Source of the DNA: the human T2T-CHM13v2.0 reference genome, Homo sapiens
DNA length: 64,000 bases
Strand: one strand, 5' to 3'
Assembly (NCBI RefSeq): GCF_009914755.1
Contig: NC_060928.1
The notes under the pieces are model-generated. The model did no database searches. It was not told where the DNA came from and saw only the letters and a program-made list of their open reading frames with translations. Shown piece by piece: positions 27,745-41,114 of this stretch. Made by a program: the position numbers and the translations under genes. The stretch's first letter is position 1. Every line of letters starts with the position of its first letter.

Positions 27745-27990
27745 GAAATAATACTAGTACCATTTACTGGGCATTTCTCATGAGCCAGACACTCTTTCAA
27801 GCACTTACACAAATTATCTCCTTTAGTTCTCATAACACTCATATGAGGCAGATATCCTTATATCTCCCATTTACTAGTGAGGAAATTGAGTCACTTGCCT
27901 GTGGTCACAAAGGTAGCAAGTATACAGCCAGGACTTGGACCAGGCCTAACTCTGAAAGTGTAAGCACAACCAGTGTGCAAAACTGCATCC
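27745..27990 (-). mobile_element. MIR
   Basis: catttactgggc..gccagacact..ctcataacact..cccattt..gaggaaattgag..cttgcctgtggtcaca. Confidence 0.8.
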
Positions 27991-28079
27991 CAAATAAGGT
28001 AACAACACATGTAAAAGAGTGTGATCATACTGCTTTCACTTACTGCTTGGCTTGGATGTAACACATGGAGAGGCAGAGC

Positions 28080-28493
28080 TTTTTTTTTTTTTTTTTTTGA
28101 TTGGTATGATGTTGCTCATATACACTTTTAAATATTTATTTTTTGTTTCAATAGTTTTGGGGGAACAGGTGATGTTTGGTTGCATGGAAAAATTCTTCAG
28201 TGGTGATTTCTGAGATTTTGGTGCACCCATCACCTGAGCAGTGTACAGTGTACTCCATGTGCAGTCTTTTATCCCTCAGCCCCTCCCACCCTTCCCCCTG
28301 AGTACTCAGTCTATTGTATCATTCTTATGCCTTTGCGTCCTCATAGCTTAGCTCCTGCTTATACGTGAGAACATACAATGTTTGGTTTTCCATTCCTGAG
28401 TTGCTTCACTTAGAATAATGGTCTCCAACTCCATCCAGGTTGCTGCAAATGCCATTCTTTTGTTCCTTTTTATAGCTTAGTAGTATTCCATTA

Positions 28494-28533
<40 letters not shown>

Positions 28534-28964
28534 ACATTTCCTTTATACACTTGTTGATTGACGGCATTTAGGCTGGTTCCATAATTTTGTATTTACATAT
28601 TGTGCTTCTGTGAACATGTGTGTGTAAGTGTCTTTTTCATATAATGACTTCCTTTGGGTAGATACCCAGGAGTGGGATGCTGGATCAAGCAGTAGTTCTA
28701 CTTTTAGTTCTTTAAGGAATCTCCATACTGTTCTCCATAGTGGAGAACCACCAGCCGTGTAAAAGTGTTCCATTTTCACCACATCCACGCCAACATCTGT
28801 TATTTTTTTATTTTTAAATTACGGCTATTCTTGCAGGAGTAAGGTGGTATCGCATTGTGGTTTTGATTTGCATTTCCCTGATAATTAGTGTTGTTGAGCA
28901 TTTTTTCATGTGTTTGTTGATCATTTGTATATCTTCTTTTGAGAATTGTCTATTCATGTCCATT
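28080..28964 (-). mobile_element. L1PB1-like 3' end with short extra 3' segment and poly(A)
   Basis: ttcaatagtttt..gatttctgagattttggtgcacccatcacc; TSD gagaggcagagcttt (28068) / gagaggcagggcttt (28965); internal (CA)n ~28497-28532. Confidence 0.93.
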
Positions 28965-28990
28965 GAGAGGCAGGGCTTTGATTTGGATAT

Positions 28991-29413
28991 TGTTAATCAG
29001 TTCAGACTGCAAGAACAGAATGCCATAGACTGGGTGGCTTAAACAACAAACATTTATTTCTCATGGTTCTGGAGGCTGGGAAGTCTTAAGATCAAGATGC
29101 AGGCAGATCCAGTGTCTGGTGAGGGCCCTCCTCCTGGCTTGCAGATGGCCATCTTCTCATATCTTCACATGGCAGAGAACACAGAGAAGATGTAAACTCT
29201 CTTGTGCCTCTTCTTTTTTTTATGTTTCAAATTTCACACTACACACCGTGATTCTTCATTGTGTCTCTTCTTACAGGTCACTAATTCCATTCACAAAGTC
29301 TCCACCCTTATGACCTATGCACCTTTCAAAGGCCCCACCTCATAATGCCATCCCTTGGAAATCAGGATTTCAACATAGAATTTTGGAGGGACACAAACAT
29401 TCAGTCCATAACA
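28991..29413 (-). mobile_element. MaLR LTR (MSTC/D or MLT1A-like)
   Basis: ccatagactgggtggcttaaacaac..ttctggaggctgggaagtc..ggacacaaacattcagtccataaca. Confidence 0.88.
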
Positions 29414-30447
29414 TATGTGAGAAACAGGAGAGGAAAAAATAAGATGAGAATGTTACAGGAAAGTGCTTGGAGGGTGCCCAAAGTGGGGTGCTGACACAGT
29501 GAGGAAATGGAAGCATATGTGAAGAGCAAGGGCAAAATCTTATTTTCCACTTATTTATTTATTTATTGCTAGTGCTAGCCCTGTCCTATTCCCTTTGTCC
29601 AGAAACTAGGCAGGAAGTTGATGATTTTATTCAGGAAGCCTTGTCTTCAGGGTGTAAGACGGAGGAGCACCTCTTGGCCCTGTCCTCTCCCTGTTGATCT
29701 GTCCTGGAAAGACTGAAATAAACAGGAAGAGGAAGAGGATGAGCTGGAATCGTTGCCTGAGAACTTGGACATTTCAGTAACGAGATGTTTCCTCTCCAGG
29801 TTTGGGAAGAAAGCCCCTCGGTGGAGCTGGAGTGTCTATCCTTTCCAGACTTCTTTCTTGATCTAGTTTGAGAACTTTTCCTTTCCTCCTTCTCACACCT
29901 TCTTCATCCAGTGATACTGACACTCAGGAGTTTGAGGAGACAAATGACATATGTGCTTTAATTTATAGGGACTGTGTCTGAGCCACTGATGGCTTGCACT
30001 TAGGCTGGGTCTGCATGACACCAAAATCCACAGTCAGGTCGGCACCTTGCTTAGGCTGGGTGAGGCAACTGGCTGATTGACTAGATTTGCACTTCTCATA
30101 ATGTTGCTTTGACGTTGTGTAGTAGAACAGTGATTCAAGTTTGAAAAAAAAATGGAAGTGAGATGATCTCTTGAAGTATCTAATGGAAGAAAATTAAACG
30201 TATGGTGAAATAGAGAGCATCCCAGGCTGGAAGTCAGCAGCCAGGGTTTGTATTCAGCCACTGCCCTGATGAGTTGTGTGGCCCAGGGCAAGGGGAGCCT
30301 CTCTCTGGTTCTCAACCAGGAAATGAGCTGCCTTGTAGTCATCACATTTTATAGTTCCCTTTAAAATATTTAGGTCAGATGATATATTAGTGGCTTTTTC
30401 TTTAAAACAAAATTTCTCAGAAGTGTCAGGTTTTTTTTTTTTTCTGA

Positions 30448-30801
<354 letters not shown>

Positions 30802-31108
30802 TGGAAGGTGTTTTTAAAGAATACCTTATTACAGAGGCAAACAGTGTCCAAGCTCCCCTTGCTTTTCAGGGGAGTGCGGAAAAGGAAAGCTTTTTTTTCA
30901 GTTATTCGTGGTCTACAGCCCCAAACTGTGTCTCTGGTGCTGCTGGGAAATCCTTGATACTCCTGCAGGCTGCCGTCTTTCACCCCTCACCCAGACCCTT
31001 TAAAACCTCCCTCCTCTCTCTTCTGAGGCTAATCTCTACTTTTTCTCTGACCCCTCCCTCTCTTTTGGGAAACTTAGTCTGTTGGTTTTCCCCGATTCTC
31101 TTCTGAGA

Positions 31109-31404
31109 TTTTTTTTTTTTGGAGACAGACTCTTGCTCTGTTGCCTAAGCTGGAGTGCACTGGCGGGATCTTGGCTTACTGCAACCTCTGCCTCCTGGGC
31201 TCAAGTGATCCTCCTGCCTCAGCCTCCTGAGTAACTGGGACTACAGGTGTGCACCACCATACATGGCTAATTTTTTGTATTTTTCATAGAGATGAGGTTT
31301 CACCATGTTGCTCAGGCTGGTCTCAAACTCCTGGGCTCAAGCAATCCTTCCCCCTTGGCCTCCCAAAGTGCTGGGATTACAGGCATGAGCCACCTCATCT
31401 GGCT
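31109..31404 (-). mobile_element. AluJ
   Basis: cctgggctcaagtgatcctcc diagnostics; TSD tcttctgag. Confidence 0.95.
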
Positions 31405-31559
31405 TCTTCTGAGTTTTTAACCTGACTCTCTCTATTGGTTCCTTCCTATTCGTGTTTCAGCATGTTTTTATTTTTATTATGTTTTTTAAAGCAGGAGCCT
31501 CTCTAATTAAAAAAAAAAAATTCACCTTGTAGCGAACACCCTAACTTCTACCCTCAGGT

Positions 31560-31850
31560 GTGAGCATAGATCTCACTGCTTTTGGAAGCACGCTCTTGTG
31601 CCGCTGACCTAGGTAAGGTGCCGCTCCTACATGCCTACTTAGCAGCCTGTATTTCCCCTCTCCTGGAAGGCACCACATAGCAGTGTAATTCTGTGTTATC
31701 TGCCTTCCCCACTAGGCTGTGAGCTCCATGAGCATGGGGATCTTGTCTCATTACTTATTCTTTGCTGTGTTCCCAGCTCCCAGAAGAGTGCCTGACACAT
31801 AGAGGAACTTTTAAAAGACTTGTGAATGAATTAATACATGGATTAATTAA
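31560..31850 (+). mobile_element. L2 3' fragment
   Basis: ccccactaggctgtgagctccatgag..gtgcctgacacatag..tgaatgaatt. Confidence 0.8.
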
Positions 31851-32419
31851 AGAGGAAGAGATGCAGACTTTTTCTCTAATAATACTCCAATGTTTTACCC
31901 TATGGTACTCTCTTGTCCTATCCCAGCTGCTGCAGGAATTATACTAGCTATGTTCACCTGATTGCTTTGACTGGGAACATATAATGGTGACTAATCAAGT
32001 GACAAGGTGGGAGAAGAAGGTACTGTTAACTTTTTTCAGAAGGGAAATATCCATTCCAGGTTGCAACCATCCTTTCATAAAAATAGGTCATGGCAAACAC
32101 CCATAAATCAAGAGATTTAGATTCAATCAGTGTCCAGAAGTTGAGTGCCCTATTCTTTGCTAGGATTTTTCTGGTGTTTCCCACTTCTGATTCGGTAGGG
32201 AATCTTGACAGTGATTGCTTACCTGAGACACTGTATGTTTCTCAGTAGACTCATACAGAGAAATACCATATGAAGGTGAGGGATTTTCAGTGTGAGAATC
32301 ATGTGTGGTTTTATTTATGGCTTTGATTCCTGGTGACCCATTATTTTGCACTTGTCATCCAATAAGGACTATTGAGAGAAAGTAAATTCCCATTATAGTA
32401 ATGTTAACAAAAATGTAAG

Positions 32420-32680
32420 TAACAGTACCAACTTTTGTTGAATACTTGCAGTGTACCAGGCACTCTTCAATGCTCTGTATTTGCATTAACTCATTTGATC
32501 ATTAAATCATTGGTATAATAGTAGTTTGAGATAGACACTATTATTATACCAATTTTACAGTTGAGGAGTTGAAGCAGAAGTGAAGTGGCTTTCTCCATGT
32601 CACACAGGTAGTAAGTGGCATAGCCCAGATTTGCACCCTGGGTGGGCAGGGCCACAGTCCCACTTGTAATCACTGCATTC
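32420..32680 (-). mobile_element. MIR
   Basis: ccaggcactctt..attaactcatttgatc..attttacagttgagga..gtcacacaggtagtaagtggca. Confidence 0.85.
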
Positions 32681-33167
32681 TCCTGACTTTCAGTGCAGGC
32701 AGTGGCTGAAGGCAGAGATTACAAACTTATTATGTAAAATGCCTCAATCCTATATAAAATAATACTTTGAGACGCACATGTAGATTTGATCCTGGAGTTA
32801 AAAAAACTATAAGGAAAATGGTAGATGTAAGTGATAAATAGTAAGTAGAGCTGTCTCATAAGTTGTATGACATTAAATCTCTATCTTTCCAGAAGAGGTA
32901 CATTTTGAGTATTTGCTAAATTACTATATTCTAGAAAACTGAGCCTCATCTTTGGGCAGTTTGTTTTTTTTAAACTTTTTATTGTGAAATAACTTTAGAT
33001 CCATAGTAAGTTGCAAAGAAATGTACAAGAAGGCCATGTGCACTTTTTACTCAGCAACTCCCAATGTGAATGTCTTACATAACTGTAGTACAATATCAGA
33101 ACAAGTAAAGTGACATTGGAAAAATCTGCAGAGATTATTCTGATTTCTCCAGTTCTACATGCACTCA

Positions 33168-33169
<2 letters not shown>

Positions 33170-33204
<35 letters not shown>
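33170..33204. repeat. (TG)n microsatellite
   Basis: About 17 TG units. Confidence 0.97.
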
Positions 33205-33207
<3 letters not shown>

Positions 33208-33992
33208 GTGTTCAATGTTATCACAGCTATAGCTTCATGTAGCCACCATCATTATCAAGATACTTAGTTGTACCATTACCGTAAAGGGCCTTTCTGCTAC
33301 TCCTTTATGGTCAAACTCTAATCCCTAATCTCTGGCAGCCGCTAATCTGTTCTATGTCTTGTAATTATGTTATTTCACAGGTATTATGAGAATGAAATCA
33401 TACAGTATGTCACATTTTAGGAATCTTTTTTTTTTCCTTCAGTGTAATTCCCTGGAGATTCATTCAAGTTGCTGCCTATATAAATTGCCTGTTCCTTTTT
33501 ATTGCTGAGTACTATATTCCATGGTACATATGTAGAATACCTCGGTTTGTTTAACCATTCGCCTGTTGAAGGACATATGGGTGGTTTCCAGTTTTTGGCT
33601 ATAATAAATAAAGCTTCTATGAACATTTGTGTACAGGGTTTTGCGTGAACGTTTTCTTTTCTATGGGATAAATGCTAAAGACTGAAATTGTTGGGTCATA
33701 TAGTAATTACATGCTTGGCTTTGTCTTTTTTTTTTTCTTTTAAAGAAACTGTGAAACTGTGACTGTGTCATTTTATATTCCCTTCATTAATGTGTGAGTG
33801 ATCCAGTTTCTCTGCAACCTTGTCAGCATTTGGTGTTTTCAGTGTTTTTAATTTTAGCCATTCTGAGAAATACTTAGTGATATGTCATCGTGGTTTTAAT
33901 TTGCATCTTCCTGATTGCTAAACATCTTTTTATGTGTTTATTTGTCTCTGTATATCCTCTTCTCTGGAATGTACCTTCCTGTCTTTTGCCAC

Positions 33993-34335
<343 letters not shown>

Positions 34336-34529
34336 TGAATTTTTTACCATTTATTTTTAACTGTTTATTCTTGTAAATTCTTTCATATATTTTAAAATAT
34401 ATAATACACGTGGCTACATGGCTTGCAAATATTTTTTTCCACTCTGTAACTTATCTTTTCATCCTCTTCACATGGACTTTAAGAAAGCAAATGTTTTAAA
34501 TTCTGATAATGTCAAATTCATCAGTTTTT

Positions 34530-34833
34530 CAACAGAAATTTATTTCTTGCAGTTCTGGGGGCTGGAAAATTTAAGATTAAGATGCCACCGGATTTGGTGT
34601 CTGGTGAGGGCTTGTTCTCTGACTCAGAGATGGTGCCTTCTTGCTGCATCTTCACATGATGGAAGGGGCAAATAGGGTCCCTCAAACTTCTTATAGGGTA
34701 CCAATTCCATTCACAAGGGCACCACCCTCCTGACCTAAATACTTCCTAAAGGTCTCACCTCTTAGCATATCACATTGGGGATTAAGTTCCAACGTATAAA
34801 TTATGGGGGCGCATACACATTTAGACCACAGCA
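34530..34833 (-). mobile_element. MaLR LTR (MSTC/D-like), partial
   Basis: aacagaaatttatttctt..ggtgtctggtgagggc..acacatttagaccacagca. Confidence 0.85.
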
Positions 34834-35600
34834 GTGGCTTTTGAAGCATTGGTCTATTGCTTCCAATTAGTTCAATTTATGAGAATAAAATTCATAGTAC
34901 TTTTAATGGCTTTTTAAAGTACTTTTAATGGCATCCTTTCAGTGGTTATAGGGTTTCCATATTTTCTCTCTTCTCATTGAATATTCTTGACAACTGAGCA
35001 GCATTTTTAGGCAGCTCTTTTTAAAAAAAGAAAAATTTATTCTCTTCACAAAGACCTTAGTTTGAAGTGTAAACTAGGTTTCTTAAATTAGTAAAAGGCA
35101 GCTCCTGGGATTAAAATAAGAGAGGAGGGACTGGGAATTTCAGTTGTTGATTCCCCCACTTCATTTCCACCTTCCTTTACAGAGTGCAAATTGAAAACCA
35201 CTGCCACAGGACATGAATTACATGTCATTTTTACTGTAAGATTCAGACCAAGAGAACACTCGCTGTTACTGAAACTATGCTAAGATTAGATTACTTTTCA
35301 TGAAATGCTGCTGGATTTCAGGATGGTGTTGCAGCCCGGGATTATTACTGTGAACAATTATCACTGTGCTTTATAAAGAGAAGAAAAAGTGTAGATTTGA
35401 TAGACTCTATACTGCCTGTACTAGACAGTTACTATAGAGCCCAGATGACATTTGTAGCAATCTTTTCCCTTGCAAATATAATTGGATTATGGCTCAGTCA
35501 ATTCCAGTGTCTGTGAAAGTTCAAAGCTTTTTCCTGCTTTTGGGTAATTTCTAAGGTTTATATTCTTATGGTTTGGATCTTGCATCACAAAGTTATACTT

Positions 35601-35899
<299 letters not shown>

Positions 35900-36042
35900 G
35901 TTATGTTCCACTCCTATTAACCTTTTTAAGAAAAATTGTTCAAGAATTGAAAACAAGGCAAAGAGTGGGCAGTATGTCCTTTTAATTTCCTATTGGAGTA
36001 TTGTTTACAGGTCCTCTCAGGGATCTATTTAATTATCAAGGT

Positions 36043-36242
36043 CAGGGGTTGACAAACTTTATCTACAAGTGTCAGATAGTAAACACTTTTGCCTTACAGG
36101 CCATATAGTCTCTGTCACAATGACTCAACTCTGCTGTTGTAGTGTGAGAGCGGCCATAGGAAATGAGTGTGACTATGTTCCAATAAAGCTTTATTTATGA
36201 AAGTAGGTGGCTAGCCTGCAGGCCATAGTTTTGTGAACCCTT
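36043..36242. mobile_element. MER58A hAT DNA transposon
   Basis: caggggttgacaaacttt..cagatagtaaa..ctcaactctgctgttgtag..ttccaataaa..ggccatagttt. Confidence 0.88.
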
Positions 36243-36679
36243 CAAAAAGGAATGTACCTTTTTAAACTTATGATTTGCTATGACTAAGAACCCTGTGAAA
36301 TTTATGTTACTGTTTGATTATTTTTCTAGTGAAAATGCAAATGTCATATATCCTAAGGTTATGCTTTTATTACCCTCTAGGATATTAACTATTTTGTTTT
36401 TTATCTAACAATCTTATTCTAACATTATCTTTTCCATGCCTAGAGGTGCCCAATTCCTTGAATGCTCCTGGAACCAGCTTCTCCTCCTGCTGGTTCCCTC
36501 ATTCATAAGTTGAAGAAGTCATTGACATGTGTTTTATGAGAATTAAAAAAAAAGGCTTTTCGTAAACAATACTGTCACATCCTAAACATAAAATTTACCC
36601 ATTTAAGTGGTCCTCCCTTCCACTCGTCATAAAGTGTCACTTAATAGAAATTTAATAAGTTTTATCAGCATTTACTAAA

Positions 36680-37895
36680 TATATATTTATAATCATATGA
36701 TTTATAACTATAATGCAATATATAATTTACATATAAATATAATATGTAATATATAACATGTAATATTATATTATATACATATAAATATGTATATTTATAT
36801 TATAATTATATAAATAATTAATATATAATTACATATTATATACTGTATATATACTATGGTACATCACTATGTATAGTATATTATATTACATATAATATGT
36901 AGTATATTATATTACATATAATATGTAGTATATTATATTACATATAATATGTAGTATATTATATTACATATAATATGTAGTATATTATATTACATATAAT
37001 ATGTAGTATATTATATTACATATAATATGTAGTATATTATATTACATATAATATGTAGTATATTATATTACATATAATATGTAGTATATTATATTACATA
37101 TAATATGTAGTATATTATATTACATATAATATGTAGTATATTATATTACATATAATATGTAGTATATTATATGTAAATTATATATTATAATTGTACATTA
37201 TATGTAAATCATAAATATAAATATATATTTATGTATAAAATATATAATACACAAAAATAGATATATACCTAGGATGAAATATATATATTTAATATGTTTA
37301 TATTTAATTTTAATATAATCAGTGTTTAATATTTAATATTTATACTTAATTTTAATATAATTTTATTTTAATATAAATGTATTCATATTTTAACATATTT
37401 ATATAAATATATGTTTTATATATTTATATAACTGTTTTTATATAGTTATATAATATATATTTTTCATATTTATATTTAATACCATCTGTAAATATAAATA
37501 TATATTAAATATAAATATTTTATTTAATCCCAGCTTATATATTATATATATTTTCATAAGTATATAAAATATATATTTACATATTTTATATTTATTTTAT
37601 TTTATATTTTATAAATATATGTATACACATAAATATATTTATAATTTACTTCATAGTAACTGTCTATGTGGTATATATTACATATAATGTGTATGTAAAT
37701 TATAAATATATATTATATATAATAAATATATATTATATGTAATATATTATATTTATATATAATATATATTATTTAAATATATATATTATATTATATATAA
37801 CATATTATATTATTTATATATAAATATATATTATATATATATAAATATATGTTTTGTATGTAATATATAAATATATATGTATAAATAAATATATA
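36680..37895. repeat. ~1.2-kb AT-rich low-complexity tract
   Basis: Almost entirely (TA)/(TATT)/(TACA)-like sequence. Confidence 0.97.
36874..37172. repeat. 26-bp minisatellite, 11 perfect copies plus 13 bp
   Basis: Unit tagtatattatattacatataatatg starts at 36874, 36900, ... 37134; partial copy at 37160. Confidence 0.97.
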
Positions 37896-37901
37896 GATGG
37901 A

Positions 37902-38193
37902 TTTTTGAGACAGTGTCGCTCTGTTACCCAGGCTGGAGTGCGATGGTGGGATCACAGCTCACTGCAGTCTTGACCTCCTGGGCTTGGTGATCCTCCTGCC
38001 TCAGCTTCTTGAGTAGCTGGGACCACAGATGCATGCCACCATACTTGGCTGTTTTTAATGTTTTTGTAGAGAAGGAGTCTTGCCATCCTGCCCAGGCTGG
38101 TCTCAAACTCCTGGCCTCAGGTGATCTCCCACCTTGGCCTCCCAAAGTGCTGGCATTACAGGTGTGAACCACTGGCATTACAGGTGTGAACCA
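37902..38193 (-). mobile_element. AluJ
   Basis: atcacagctcactgcagtcttgacctcctggg diagnostics; rearranged 5' end. Confidence 0.95.
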
Positions 38194-40090
38194 GCATTTA
38201 GTAAATGCTGGGTGCATTTACTAAATATTTAAGGAGACGTTACAAGATAGGGCATCACTGCAGAGCATGTGACCTCTTATTATTTGCCCATCTTTCCTCT
38301 TTCTTCCATCTCTGTTTTTCATTTCCTCCTTCCTGGAATACTGATTCTCTCCCCACTTCCAAATATAAATTTGCCCTTTTCTGCAAAGATGCTCAATTTA
38401 ACAAAGGCCTTCAAACTAATGTGATCTTTTCTCTTTATAGAGCTGTGATTATATATATATACATATATATATATAAACACACACACATATATTCTGCTAC
38501 ATATATATATTGTGCAACATAAGGAAATTGCTTTGTGAAATAAACTTTTAATTAGTTTTTTTTTTTTCATTTGTCTCTTTCATAACAGAAATGTTTCAAT
38601 GAACAGGTATTTGGAGAACACAGCTTTATATGCAAATTTGATCACTCTAGCAGAGATTGAAGCTTTTTTTTTCTGTTATTTTTTCCTTTCTAAAATATTT
38701 CTTAGTATTTTTTGTTGTTACACAATGACCTACTCAACATTTTTTTCTGTTTCAAACAAATGATTTACATTTGTTACGTTCAGTGAGAAGAAGGTATATT
38801 CTCTACCATTTCTGGAATTCTTTTTTATGCACATATGAAAGTATTCGAAAGCATTCAAACTCTGCTTTAGTGAGTACCTTTATTCAGATAAAATATCAGA
38901 TCTTTTTTTCAACCTTCCAGTGATAATTCTCTAAGAAATATTATTCCAGGATAAGTAATTTCTAAAATGGTATTTTTATGCTCTAACAAGTTTGAAAGTC
39001 CTTATATGTGTCCACTTGCATGAATACCAGCGGTCTAATGGAAACTCTAATGTAGCAATATTCCGTATTAAGGAAAAGACCTTAATAAAACCAAGTCCTT
39101 TGTCCATAGATTTAGTTTAACAATAGTTTCTTGGGCTCCTACTAAGTGCCCAACATAGCATTAGGAATTGAAGTCAAAGCGGAATCAAGGAGGTAATGTT
39201 GGGACCTGGAAGATGTTTATTATCTTTTCTGGATTTTGATTTGCTTAATGAAAATACTCTATCTTGATAATTTCTAGCAGTAGGATGCCATTGTCATCTT
39301 CAATTAAGCCTGTGTTTCTCAAGTATTCTTTCCAGTGCTTTTGGTGGTAGGAATAATGTAAATTTTTAAATAGTAAAAAAAGACATGATCCAGATATCAA
39401 CTGAAGTCACCTTGTATATGAGATTTTTAAGGAAAGACTTCCTAGTATTCTTTGAGAATCTCAGCAGTTGGTCAAAATTTCGCAAATTCTTGTAAATCTA
39501 CATTTTAACACTCACTTTTAACTCTAAGTTCCTGTTTTCCCTGAACTTTCAATTTAATGAACATTTTATCTTGTATTTTTTTTTTATATTTAACAAATTA
39601 CAGATACAGAACTTGGCCCCCTTTCCTAGCTTTCTTCCCAAAAAACTCACAGGAAACTTTTGTTTATAGCAGAATTTAGTAGACGCTTTACAATAGTGGA
39701 GGGGTTTCCTAACTCAGAGGCATAAACAGCATACCATTAAGTATTAAATATCCTGTTCTTTAAAATCCTTCAGCTATCTTGGTTAATTGGCTTCTTATGT
39801 AGGCTCCAGCCACCTGCCAGTTTACCCAGCCTTCCTTGTTTCCCTTTCTCCTTCCCTCTTCTCTCTCTTTTCTAGAGCCCTCCCATTCACCTATATTTGC
39901 CTACAGAGGTGCTTGTCTCATTTCCCTAGCCAATCCTTAATCTCAAGGTCTTATCTTTATATGTAATAGGTTTTAAAAATATTTCTTACTTAAAGACAAA
40001 TTTTCTTCCTAAGAAGCACTTTAGTGACAAATGTTAAAGTAACAGTCGTTTTTCCTTGTTTTACGTAAATCTTGATAAATTAAAATATCT

Positions 40091-40402
<312 letters not shown>

Positions 40403-41114
40403 TCATCTTTTCCTTCTTGTACCCACATTTTGTTTTTTGGCATTTCTAAAGTTGAAACCTCTGTCACACAAAATGCCAGGTGTAAGCCAATAGAGCATGG
40501 TGGAAACCGTGAAAAGGAACAAGTGGAACATATAAATATTTTTATACTTAAATTGGGAAAACATAACAATATCCTATATGATTTTTGGTTTAGGCTACTA
40601 TGTAGGTCATTGGCAAGTAAAATGATAATTCTAGCCCCAAAAGTTAGTGTAAGAATGCAATTATTAGGATGTATGTATTTTTTGTATCTTCGAACAGAAG
40701 GTCCCAGGATTGTGAATCAATATATAGCAACATAAACTACCTAACCTTACCTTTTCCCTTTCCAAAACAGACCAACTGAGCCACCCTAAATGAAACCTTA
40801 GTTCCTTACTTTTAGGAACAAGAACATGATGAGATGAATAGATTTTTACTAAGTAGGTATTATTCTGCATTATGTAAGCAGTAATTGTAAGAATATAAAA
40901 TAATTGTGCTATTCTATAATCATCAAAAAGTTGATCTGTAGGAGCCCGAAGTTTTAACACATGCAAGAAATGTTTATGCAGTTATTAGTTTGCTAAAAGA
41001 GTGATACCGACATACACTCAACTGATTAGATTTTAATTTAGCAAGCATCATTTCTCTTCAATAAATTTACATAAAAATATGAAAAAAAATGTAGTGACAA
41101 ACCTTTACAATTCC

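Noticed and set aside
28543-29042. ORFs resembling the L1 ORF2 C-terminus (PLWRTVWRFLKELK)
   Set aside because: Degenerate remnant of the truncated L1PB, not a gene
34896-34932. 15-bp direct repeat agtacttttaatggc
   Set aside because: Ordinary small slippage duplication
36470-36497. 9-bp GC-rich hairpin ggaaccagc..gctggttcc
   Set aside because: Short enough to arise by chance; intrinsic terminators are not relevant in this context
36874-37172. Possible CRISPR-like array (26-bp repeats)
   Set aside because: No spacers, no cas genes, primate context; it is a tandem minisatellite
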